A stretch of DNA of 64,000 bases from an uncultured Clostridium sp. (GTDB taxonomy: Bacteria; Bacillota; Clostridia; TANB77; CAG-508): positions 4,713-68,712 of the forward strand of contig CAKNIZ010000005.1 in NCBI GenBank assembly GCA_930980855.1, read 5' to 3'. The notes beneath the pieces are model-generated. The model had not been told where the DNA came from, did no database searches, and worked only from the letters and a program-made list of their open reading frames with translations. This document shows positions 20,098 through 28,399 of this stretch, one piece after another (positions within the stretch are counted from its first letter, which is position 1; each line of letters opens with the position of its first letter). The translations under genes were made by a program, and so were the position numbers.

Positions 20098-20367
20098 TTA
20101 AAATTTTCTATATATAAATATAGCTATTATTATTCCTATAATACTTGAAATATTGATATTAAACATTATTCCAAAAGTTAATTTTACGACTCCTAAGTCC
20201 AATGATACTGGGTCTGCTATTCCAAAGGTTTGTCCATATGAAAGCCAACTTAAGAAGCTTACTCCTTGTGTTAATTGACCAATTAGCCCTCCAATAACTA
20301 AACCACATAAAATAAATATAATTAGCACTAATGTACTTTTGTCTTTTGCTACCATACTTCCCTCCAT
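20098..20367 (-). CDS. Small two-TM membrane protein (DUF4321-like)
   Basis: 89 aa with two hydrophobic segments. It occupies the position next to radC/mreB that this family typically has in Clostridia. The family call is from memory. Confidence 0.45.
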   Translation of the reverse strand: MEGSMVAKDKSTLVLIIFILCGLVIGGLIGQLTQGVSFLSWLSYGQTFGIADPVSLDLGVVKLTFGIMFNINISSIIGIIIAIFIYRKF

Positions 20368-20535
20368 TTTTTCTTACGGATATTTCTTTTTTAACATTTG
20401 TATTATATATTTTTTTCCATATTTTTTCAAGGTGTTTTTTGTAAAATTTATGTTGTTTTTTATTTATTTTCTTAAAGCTCTTTCCTTTTCAATTTTTTTG
20501 TGTTATATTATTATATACTAAAAATGGAGGATTGT

Positions 20536-21150
20536 ATGAAATTTGAAAAATTAAGTGACTATAAATTAAAAATTACATTGTCAAATGAAGAACTTCCTAA
20601 CAATAATACTGATTTAGATAGCTTTATGTCTGACCCTTCTAGTGCTAGAAAATCGTTTCTCGATATATTAGATAAAGCTAAGGATGAAGTTGGTTTTAAT
20701 GTTGGTAATAATAAAGTTAGAATAGATGCTAAATACCAAAGTAACGGGAATTTCATATTTACAGTAACTAAGTTAGTTCCTAAAAAGAAATCAGTAAAAA
20801 AAGTTAAACCACAAAAAGTTAGTACTAATAGAAAAAACAATTGCTTAATATATAGTTTTGAGGATATTGAACACTTTTTTAATTTTTGTTTCTTTTTAAA
20901 AAATCAAAAAATTAATTGTTTAAAAAGCTTTTGCAAGATTACGGAGTTATATAAATTAGATAATAAATATTACTTAGCGTTCAATGAAATTAATAATGAA
21001 TACAAATATATTGGAAAATTATATTCTGGCATGACAGAATTCGGTACCTATTTTTCAGCACAAGAAGTTATGTTTTTTATGCTAAAAGAACGTGGAGAAT
21101 TAATTATTGCTAATAATGCGATACAGACTTGTCAAAAGAATTTTAAGTAA
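20536..21150 (+). CDS. mecA: MecA-like adaptor protein
   Basis: The ATG at 20536 follows GGAGG. The N-terminus (MKFEKLSDYKLKITLSNEEL...FLDILDKAKDEVGF...IFTVTKL) resembles the MecA N-domain layout. The upstream extension in the ORF track lacks an RBS. Confidence 0.55.
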   Translation: MKFEKLSDYKLKITLSNEELPNNNTDLDSFMSDPSSARKSFLDILDKAKDEVGFNVGNNKVRIDAKYQSNGNFIFTVTKLVPKKKSVKKVKPQKVSTNRKNNCLIYSFEDIEHFFNFCFFLKNQKINCLKSFCKITELYKLDNKYYLAFNEINNEYKYIGKLYSGMTEFGTYFSAQEVMFFMLKERGELIIANNAIQTCQKNFK

Positions 21151-21223
21151 TTTTCAATTAGGGACGGTCCTTTTTCAGAAATTTTTGCATAATTTCTGAA
21201 AAAGGACCGTCCCTAATTGAAAA
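21151..21223. terminator. 33-bp perfect inverted repeat (7-nt loop) between convergent mecA and pcrA; probable bidirectional terminator
   Basis: ttttcaattagggacggtcctttttcagaaatt / tttgcat / aatttctgaaaaaggaccgtccctaattgaaaa. The arms are exact reverse complements. Confidence 0.7.
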
Positions 21224-21227
21224 TATT

Positions 21228-23513
21228 TTATTCCAATATTTCTAATCCTGCAAATTTTGCCATTAATCTCTTATGTCCAGCTTTATCAAATTGAATATCT
21301 ACTTTCAAGTCGTCCGATTCTTGTTCCAAATTGGTAATAACACCCTCACCAAATTTCTTATGGAAAATTCTTTGTCCAACTTTGTATTTAGACAAATCCA
21401 CTTCCTTGCTTGATTTTTTCTGGTTAAGATTATTTAGAAAGCTTTCTGCTGTTCTAAATTGGAAATTGCTTTGTATTTTTTCTGGTATATTATTATCAAC
21501 TTTATATGTTATAACTTTAGAATTACTATAATTATTATATCCCCATTCATATTTAGAATCTTCAAATCTATCATCATCACTTTGTGTATTCATAGCTTCT
21601 TCATATCCGTCTAATAAATCTGCTGGAATTTCTTTTACAAATCTTGAAGGTGGATTATAACTTGTTGAACCGAAAATTGTCCTCTTTTTAGCAAATGTCA
21701 TATATAGATAGTTTCTTGCTCTTGTAATTCCAACATAGAATAGTCTTCTTTCTTCTTCTATGTCTTCCGGATTATCTATTGATTTATGTCCTGGGAATAT
21801 GCCATCTTCCATACCCACTAAAAATACAACAGGATACTCTAACCCCTTAGCACTATGTAATGTCATAAGTGTTACCATATTATCTGTTTCTTCAATATTA
21901 TCTGTATCACTAGATAATGAAATACTATTTAAAAATTCATTTAAAGAATTATCTGCTGATTCTTTTTCGAATTCCATTGCTACTGTTAGGAATTCCTCTA
22001 AGTTTTCAATTCTACTTTCCGCTTCAATTGTATTCTCATTTTTCAATGCTTGTGTATAACCAGTTTTGTTTAGTGTTTGCTTTATAAGTTCTGATATAGG
22101 CACATCTAGTCCTCTAAGCTCTTCTATAACATTTATAAATTCTCTTGTATTATTATATATTCTAGGTATATATTTATCTGCCTCTTTTATTACTTGATAC
22201 ATTGATATTCCATTTTCGGCAGCTATATTTTCTATGTTTTCAATGCTGGTTTTTCCAACACCTCTTTTAGGTTCATTAATAATTCTTTCTAATGAAAGAT
22301 TGTCTGAAGGGTTAGCAATTAACCTTAAATATGCAATAGTATCCTTTATTTCCTTTCTTTCATAGAACTTTAATCCTCCAACTATTTTATATGGAATATC
22401 CTCTCTTCTTAAAATATCTTCGATTGCTCTTGATTGTGAGTTCATTCTATATAAAACAACGAAATCTGAATATTTGTAATATTCTTCTCTTCTTAATTTA
22501 TTTATTTCTTGAACTATGAAAGATGCTTCTTCATATTCGTCCTCTCCGCAGAAAACATAAGGTAATGCACCTTCATCATTTTCAGTCCATAATTTTTTCT
22601 CATATTTATTTTCATTATGCTTTATAACTTCGTTTGCAGCTTTTAAAATATTTCCTGTGCACCTATAATTTTGCTCTAATTTAACTATTTTTGAACCGGG
22701 AAAATCTTTTTCAAAATTCAAAATATTTGTAATATCTGCACCTCTAAATCTATAAATAGATTGGTCATTATCTCCTACAACTGTTATGTTTCCGTATCTT
22801 GATGCTAAAATTGAAACAAGCATAAATTGTGATTTATTTGTATCTTGATACTCGTCCACTAGAATATACTTAAACTTTTCTGAATAATATTCTAATACAT
22901 CTGCATTATCTGTTAAAATATTGATAGTAAAGTTTATGATATCGTCAAAATCTATTGCATTATTTTCTCTTAGTTTTTTCTGATATAAATGATATACTTT
23001 AGCGGTTATTTCTCTTCTATAATCTCCATTTGCTCTTTCTTCATATTTTTCAGGAGTTAGCATATCATTTTTTGCATTACTAATTTCGGATAATATAGAC
23101 CTTTCCGTAAACAATTTTGGATCAATATTTAGTTCCTTCATGCAATTCTTTATTAGAGTTTTTTGATCAGTTGTATCGAAAATCGCAAATGAATTATCAA
23201 ACCCTATTCTATCTATGAATTTTCTAAGTATTCTTACGCAGATTGAGTGAAATGTTCCAAGCCATATATCATTAATAGCATCTCCTACTAGCGCTTGCAC
23301 TCTTTCCTTCATTTCATTTGCAGCTTTATTAGTAAAAGTTATGGCTAAAATATTCCATGGCTTAACATTTTTTTCTTTCATTAAATAGCTAATTTTATAT
23401 GTTAATACTTTTGTTTTTCCTGAACCTGCTCCTGCTATTACTAGACAAGGTCCTTCTGTTTCCATTACTGCATCTTTTTGTTTAGGGTTTAACTCATTTA
23501 ATAATTCTTCCAT
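21228..23513 (-). CDS. pcrA: ATP-dependent DNA helicase PcrA/UvrD
   Basis: 761 aa. SF1 motifs: AGAGSGKT, TFTNKAA, VDEYQDTN, TLHSAKGLE, VGITRA. Confidence 0.9.
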   Translation of the reverse strand: MEELLNELNPKQKDAVMETEGPCLVIAGAGSGKTKVLTYKISYLMKEKNVKPWNILAITFTNKAANEMKERVQALVGDAINDIWLGTFHSICVRILRKFIDRIGFDNSFAIFDTTDQKTLIKNCMKELNIDPKLFTERSILSEISNAKNDMLTPEKYEERANGDYRREITAKVYHLYQKKLRENNAIDFDDIINFTINILTDNADVLEYYSEKFKYILVDEYQDTNKSQFMLVSILASRYGNITVVGDNDQSIYRFRGADITNILNFEKDFPGSKIVKLEQNYRCTGNILKAANEVIKHNENKYEKKLWTENDEGALPYVFCGEDEYEEASFIVQEINKLRREEYYKYSDFVVLYRMNSQSRAIEDILRREDIPYKIVGGLKFYERKEIKDTIAYLRLIANPSDNLSLERIINEPKRGVGKTSIENIENIAAENGISMYQVIKEADKYIPRIYNNTREFINVIEELRGLDVPISELIKQTLNKTGYTQALKNENTIEAESRIENLEEFLTVAMEFEKESADNSLNEFLNSISLSSDTDNIEETDNMVTLMTLHSAKGLEYPVVFLVGMEDGIFPGHKSIDNPEDIEEERRLFYVGITRARNYLYMTFAKKRTIFGSTSYNPPSRFVKEIPADLLDGYEEAMNTQSDDDRFEDSKYEWGYNNYSNSKVITYKVDNNIPEKIQSNFQFRTAESFLNNLNQKKSSKEVDLSKYKVGQRIFHKKFGEGVITNLEQESDDLKVDIQFDKAGHKRLMAKFAGLEILE

Positions 23514-23602
23514 TATGTAGTCCTTTCTTCTAAAACTTTTGTTCGCAAAGAAATTGTACTATATTTTAGTCATCAAGTCAATAAGTTTTTATTAATTTAT
23601 TT

Positions 23603-24337
23603 TTAACTAATAAACATTGCAAATAAACCTATAATAAATCCAAGCATATTCCCTATTGCAGTCATTCTTCCATTGTATAATGAATTTGACTCTGGAATTA
23701 ATTCTCCAGATACTATATAAAGCATTGCTCCTGCTGCAAAGGCAAGGCATATTGCTATTACCTGACTAGAAATATTTCCTACTATCGCTCCTATTAATGC
23801 TCCTACTCCAGTAGCAATGCCAGATAGAATTACGCATGTTATAACCTTCCATCTACCCATTCCTCCATTTTTCATAGGAATTGCCATTGAGATTCCTTCT
23901 GGTATATCATGCAAGCATATAGCTATTGCTAGAGAAAATCCTAATTCCGTAGATGAATCAAAACCAGAGCCGATTGCTAATCCTTCCGGTATGTTATGTA
24001 AAGCAAGTCCAATTCCAACTATAATTCCAGTCTTAAGTAGATTTGCTTGCTTAGATGCAATTTTTTTTGCGTTAAATTTATTTTGCACGGTGCTATCACA
24101 TATCATCATAATCACAATTCCGAGGATAATTCCTAAAACTGTACTATATATTGAAGAAATCTCTATTGCTTCTGGTATTAAATCAAAGCAAATTACTGCT
24201 AACATTAATCCTGATGCAAATGATAAAATAAAGCTCAAAAATTTATTTGAGTTTTTCTTTAAGAATATTCCTATAATTCCGCCTATTGTTGTTCCTATTG
24301 TTCCAAAAAATAAACCTAATAAAGATATTTCAAGCAT
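23603..24337 (-). CDS. ZIP-family metal (zinc) transporter
   Basis: 244-aa polytopic protein with ZIP signatures HNIPEGLAIG and HDIPEGISMA. Confidence 0.8.
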   Translation of the reverse strand: MLEISLLGLFFGTIGTTIGGIIGIFLKKNSNKFLSFILSFASGLMLAVICFDLIPEAIEISSIYSTVLGIILGIVIMMICDSTVQNKFNAKKIASKQANLLKTGIIVGIGLALHNIPEGLAIGSGFDSSTELGFSLAIAICLHDIPEGISMAIPMKNGGMGRWKVITCVILSGIATGVGALIGAIVGNISSQVIAICLAFAAGAMLYIVSGELIPESNSLYNGRMTAIGNMLGFIIGLFAMFIS

Positions 24338-24387
24338 AATAAAAACTCCTTTTTAGATATTTTATTACCTAAAAAGAAGTTTTATTC

Positions 24388-25449
24388 TTATTCTTCGTTA
24401 CCTTTTAATTTTTCTGCTGTGTCGGCTGCTGCTAAGTTATCAATCATTTCATCTAAGTCTCCATTTAAGAAATTATCCATTTGATAAATGCTCATTCCTA
24501 TTCTATGGTCTGTTATTCTTCCTTGAGGATAATTGTATGTTCTTATTTTTTCGCTTCTTTCAGCACTTCCTATTTGGCTTCTTCTTTCATTTTCTACTTC
24601 ACTATCTCTTTTTAATTTTTCTTGTTCGTATAATCTTGAACGAAGTAGTTTCATAGCATATTCCCTATTTTGAACTTGAGATCTTTCTGTTTGACATTCT
24701 GCTACCATTCCTGTTGGAATATGTATTAATCTTACGGCAGAAGATGTTTTGTTAACATGCTGTCCACCAGCTCCTGAAGCTCTAAAAACTTCCATTTTGA
24801 TATCTGCTGGATTTATTTCAATTTCTACATCCTCAACTTCTGGCAATACTGCAACGGTTGCTGTTGAAGTATGAATTCTTCCACTTGCTTCAGTCTCTGG
24901 AACTCTTTGAACTCTATGAACTCCACTTTCAAATTTTAATCTACTGTAAGCTCCTGCTCCTTTTATCATAAAAGATATTTCTTTATATCCGCCAAGTCCA
25001 GTCTCATTTTCATTTAAAATTTCTAATTTCCAATGTTTTCTATCCGCATACATTGAATACATTCTAAATAATGTCCCTGCAAATAATGCTGCTTCCTCTC
25101 CACCAGCACCTGCTCTAATTTCACAAATAACGTTTTTATCATCATCTGGGTCTTTTGGAATTAATAATATTTTTAATTCTTCCTCTAATTTAGGTAGAGC
25201 TTCTTTTGCATTTAACATTTCTTCTTCTGCTAAATCCTTAAGCTCTTTATCATTCATCATTTCTTTGGCTTCTTCTAAAGTTTTAAGAACCTCTTTATAC
25301 TCTCTATATTTCATTACAACAGGCTCTAAGTCTGAATGTTCTTTCATATTTTTGCGCCATTCATTTTGATTAGCAATTACATCTGGATCACTAATTCTTA
25401 CAGTTAACTCTTCATATCTCTTTTCAACTGCATCTAAATTTTCAAACAT
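24388..25449 (-). CDS. prfA: Peptide chain release factor 1
   Basis: 353 aa. An RF1-type tripeptide region (RVPETE), GGQ ([11 protein letters not shown]), and the RF-1 N-terminus. Confidence 0.9.
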   Translation of the reverse strand: MFENLDAVEKRYEELTVRISDPDVIANQNEWRKNMKEHSDLEPVVMKYREYKEVLKTLEEAKEMMNDKELKDLAEEEMLNAKEALPKLEEELKILLIPKDPDDDKNVICEIRAGAGGEEAALFAGTLFRMYSMYADRKHWKLEILNENETGLGGYKEISFMIKGAGAYSRLKFESGVHRVQRVPETEASGRIHTSTATVAVLPEVEDVEIEINPADIKMEVFRASGAGGQHVNKTSSAVRLIHIPTGMVAECQTERSQVQNREYAMKLLRSRLYEQEKLKRDSEVENERRSQIGSAERSEKIRTYNYPQGRITDHRIGMSIYQMDNFLNGDLDEMIDNLAAADTAEKLKGNEE

Positions 25450-25552
25450 AAATAAACTCTCCTTTTCTTCGACCTAATCATTATACTACAAATTTATGCA
25501 TCTTTCAAGCATTTCATTTGCTACTAAATATGTGACTAAAAAATTGTATTTT

Positions 25553-25786
25553 TTATATACTCTCAATTTCTTTTATTATTATCTTATTATTAATAAAGCT
25601 TCCGTTAGCAATCACTAATTTATTATTATTTACATACATTTTATCTGCAATTTCGTCAATTGCAATTATTGGAATAATTTGTTTCTCATCTTCTATGTAA
25701 CCTTTTGCTAAACTTGTATGTTTTCCTTTATATATAAATAAATATTCTACATTAACTAATTTGCCCATTATATATATTTCATTCAT
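25553..25786 (-). CDS. 77-aa hypothetical protein immediately 3' of the DGR template repeat (weak OB-fold/SSB-like pattern)
   Basis: An RBS (aggtgg) precedes the ATG. The pattern MNEIYIMGKLVN..., then beta-strand-like alternation, then VIANGSF is loosely reminiscent of an SSB OB fold. No firm family. Confidence 0.35.
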   Translation of the reverse strand: MNEIYIMGKLVNVEYLFIYKGKHTSLAKGYIEDEKQIIPIIAIDEIADKMYVNNNKLVIANGSFINNKIIIKEIESI

Positions 25787-25957
25787 TTTCCACCTATTAT
25801 CTTTTATTTAAGACTCATTAATTACAAGTTTTCAGCTTTCTTACTCATCCGTAATTAATTAATATATTTACCTTAATTAGGAAGGAACAAGTCTCTTTAA
25901 TATCTAATATATTACTGTATGAATTCGCTTAAAATACATAATCCGAATTAATATTAG

Positions 25958-26093
25958 AGTGGGCCTGCATGCAATGTTGTTGTTGCTGTTTCTCGTATTG
26001 TTGTTATTGCGATTACTCGTGTAATTGTTGCTATTATTGTAGTTGCCTCCCCTGTTAACACAAGGATTGTTAGTGTTAGAGTTAGTCTCGGTT
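25958..26093 (-). repeat. DGR template repeat (TR)
   Basis: 136 bp aligning without gaps to 28412-28547. All 22 mismatches are T on the plus strand here, i.e. A on the coding strand. Read in the VR frame it carries 19 AAY codons. Confidence 0.9.
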
Positions 26094-26122
26094 ATAACTT
26101 GTCCCTAATCTTAATTTACTAG

Positions 26123-27142
26123 TTATTCATTATAAAATAAATTGTTAATTAATCCTCTTACATTTGCTATTTGTATATATCCTATATGTCCACACAAATA
26201 TTTTTTTGCATCTTTATATGTTATTTTTTCATTTCTTATATTATATTTTAATACTTTTATTTTATTTTTCAATTTGCGCTTACCTTTGTCTCTAATTTTC
26301 AAATTATATTCTTTTATTTTATATCCACAAAAGTTAACTCCTTGCTTTCCTTTGAAAATTTGTGTTTTGTTATTTAGTTCTAATTGTAAATTCTCTTTTA
26401 GGAATTTTTTTATATTTTTTACTGCTTTTATTGCTTCTTCTTTAGTTGGTACTAATAAAATTTCATCGTCCATGTACCTATAATACCACTTATACTTCAA
26501 CTTTTCTTTGACATACCAGTCTAGCTCATTTAAATATATATTAGCAAACATTTGTGACGTATAATTGCCTATTGGTAAACTTTTTGCTCCTGTTTCCAAA
26601 TAATTCGAATAAATTATTTCTTTTATTAGCCACAACACTTTTTTATCTAATACTCTTCTTTTTAGTATATTTAATAATATATCTTTATCTATGCTTTGAA
26701 AAAACTTTGCTATATCCATTTTTAGTATATAATAATTCTTGTATTTATTTTTCATATGTCTCATTGCTTTTTGTACATCTAAGCATGCTTTATGCATCCC
26801 TCTTTTTTCTATACAAGCATAGCTTGTTTCTATAAATCTTGGTATATAATATGGTTTTAAAATATTGTCTACAAGCCATCTATGTACAATTCTGTCTATA
26901 TATTTTGATTTCTCTATTTTTCGTTTTTTGGGTTCATATACATAAAATGAGGTATATCCTCCATGTTTATATGTTCCAGCTTTTAAATTTTCATATATGT
27001 ATTTTATATATTCTTCTTGCTTTAAATTAAATAATATTGTTTCTTTTCTTGAAGCTTTACCTTTTCTGCTTTCTATATGTGCTTTCATTAATTTTTCATA
27101 GCTCAAATTTCTATTCCACACATTTCTAATAGTTTTTGGCAT
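26123..27142 (-). CDS. DGR-type reverse transcriptase
   Basis: 339 aa. RT motifs KMDIAKFFQSID, the DGR-diagnostic LPIGNYTSQMFANIYL ([ILV]GxxxSQ), and YMDD. Confidence 0.9.
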   Translation of the reverse strand: MPKTIRNVWNRNLSYEKLMKAHIESRKGKASRKETILFNLKQEEYIKYIYENLKAGTYKHGGYTSFYVYEPKKRKIEKSKYIDRIVHRWLVDNILKPYYIPRFIETSYACIEKRGMHKACLDVQKAMRHMKNKYKNYYILKMDIAKFFQSIDKDILLNILKRRVLDKKVLWLIKEIIYSNYLETGAKSLPIGNYTSQMFANIYLNELDWYVKEKLKYKWYYRYMDDEILLVPTKEEAIKAVKNIKKFLKENLQLELNNKTQIFKGKQGVNFCGYKIKEYNLKIRDKGKRKLKNKIKVLKYNIRNEKITYKDAKKYLCGHIGYIQIANVRGLINNLFYNE

Positions 27143-27551
27143 AGTATTTTATTAATCCTCCAAGTATTTGCCCTATTTCATATATTTGGCTCATTGCCAC
27201 ATCTAACTTATGTTCATCTATCCATTTATTTTTATACATTATTCTTAAATAAATTCTTTGACAATTAAGCATACTATCTATTCTATTTAAAATTTTTATC
27301 TTTTCATAACACTCTTCCTCTATTATTTTTTTCATAAAATCGTTTTTATCATTTTGAGACTTTACATTACTATTCTTTATTTTTATAGTTTTATTTAAAT
27401 ACATTACGTTCTCTAACATGTTATATAAACTACTTTTATATTCATTGCCAATACTAAATTTTTCCGTTCGTGGTAATTTTATTATTAGCTCTATAATATA
27501 TTGAATATATTTCTCTGATTTTGGTATTAATTTTAATTTTTCTTTTTCCAT
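27126..27551 (-). CDS. avd: Avd-like accessory variability determinant (four-helix-bundle family)
   Basis: 141 aa and helical. LPRTEKFSIGNEYKSSLYNMLENVMY matches the FPKxERFxLGxQ pattern of the Avd / 23S-IVS protein family. It overlaps the RT start by 17 nt. Confidence 0.7.
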   Translation of the reverse strand: MEKEKLKLIPKSEKYIQYIIELIIKLPRTEKFSIGNEYKSSLYNMLENVMYLNKTIKIKNSNVKSQNDKNDFMKKIIEEECYEKIKILNRIDSMLNCQRIYLRIMYKNKWIDEHKLDVAMSQIYEIGQILGGLIKYYAKNY

Positions 27552-27588
27552 GGCTTTTCCCTTTTATATTTTTATTCACTATATTTAG

Positions 27589-27990
27589 TTAGGTTTCACT
27601 AACTTCACTATTTAAATATTTCCTTATCTCTTCTCTTTCATATTGATATATTGCATTTTTACAATTCTCACATCCTAAGTTATGAATGCTTTTCATATTT
27701 TTATTTGCATCATCGAAATTTTCTTCTACCTTTAGTTCTCCATTAATATTTTTATACACAATGTAGCTTATCTCCTTTTCCTTTAATGCTACTAAATATT
27801 TATTTAGACTTCTTACAGGAACTCCCACTTTACATAAGTATTTAATAAAGCATGTACATTTTAAATTAAATAGTTCATGTAATAGTACCGCATCTTTTCC
27901 TATCGCTATATAGAAATTACCATTTTGAACAAACAATACCTTATCTCCAACTTTTTCTTTTAGTAACCTTACTTTTTCATTAAACTTCAT
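27589..27990 (-). CDS. MutS domain-I-like accessory protein (MSL-type DGR accessory ORF)
   Basis: 133 aa. VLFVQNGNFYIAIGKDAVLLHELF...CKVGVPVRSLNKYLVALKEKEISYIVY parallels MutS_I (LLFFRMGDFYELFxxDA...CGVP...YLxxLxxxGxxVAI). The Glu of the F-x-E motif is replaced. Confidence 0.55.
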   Translation of the reverse strand: MKFNEKVRLLKEKVGDKVLFVQNGNFYIAIGKDAVLLHELFNLKCTCFIKYLCKVGVPVRSLNKYLVALKEKEISYIVYKNINGELKVEENFDDANKNMKSIHNLGCENCKNAIYQYEREEIRKYLNSEVSET

Positions 27991-28055
27991 TTCTTTCTCC
28001 TTTATTTATTTTATTTTTTAGCATTTTATTACCCACTTAAAATATTTTTAAGGTG

Positions 28056-28103
28056 GCAAAGGGCTATGCATATTAAGTTCATTTAATACACATAGCCCTT
28101 TGC
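28056..28103 (-). promoter_or_regulatory. Leader hairpin upstream of msl-avd-RT (homologous to the target-gene leader hairpins)
   Basis: gcaaagggctatg(ca)tattaa ... ttaata(ca)catagccctttgc. The ca/ca mismatches become U.G and G.U wobbles only in minus-strand RNA. Confidence 0.5.
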
Positions 28104-28138
28104 TATTTTTATTTATAGATATTTTGTTAAATCTTACG

Positions 28139-28195
28139 ATATATATATATATATATATACAGCCTCAAGGCTTTCAGCGTTTTTCATATTCTTCT
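28139..28195 (-). promoter_or_regulatory. Conserved promoter module copy 1: (TA)10 tract plus TTGAGG -35-like box
   Basis: Minus strand reads cgctgaaagccTTGAGGctgt(at)10cgtaagattt. The 17-nt spacing from TTGAGG places a TATATA -10 inside the TA tract. Confidence 0.45.
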
Positions 28196-28265
28196 CTCTT
28201 TCATTTTATCTTATAAATTTTACGACTTTTGTAAATCTGTACGATTATCTTACAATCTACAATAA

Positions 28266-28399
28266 AGCTCCCGTAATTCCTCCCGCGGAGAGACTTCACA
28301 CTAAGCGAACTTAGCTTGAAGCCTCTCATGAAAGCTCTGGTCTTCTACCATTACTAAGTTCGAGTCCCCTTAAAGTGCATCGCAGTCAAGCGCTCAGCG
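28266..28399. other. GC-rich (~50%) structured island between the VR/stop codon and the msl promoter region
   Basis: Contains a 40-nt hairpin at 28288-28327 (gagagacttca-ca-ctaag-cgaa-cttag-ct-tgaagcctctc). Composition contrasts sharply with the AT-rich flanks. No ORF. Confidence 0.5.

Noticed and set aside
21170-21205. CodY-box-like sequence (AATTTCTGAAAAA) within the 33-bp palindrome
   Set aside because: It is one base short of the AATTTTCWGAAAATT spacing. It arises trivially from the palindrome arms and lies between convergent gene ends rather than in a promoter.
28340-28375. tRNA-like T-loop string GTTCGAGTCC in the GC-rich island
   Set aside because: The flanking bases do not form a T-stem. 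No acceptor, D or anticodon arms can be drawn, so it is not a tRNA or tmRNA terminus.
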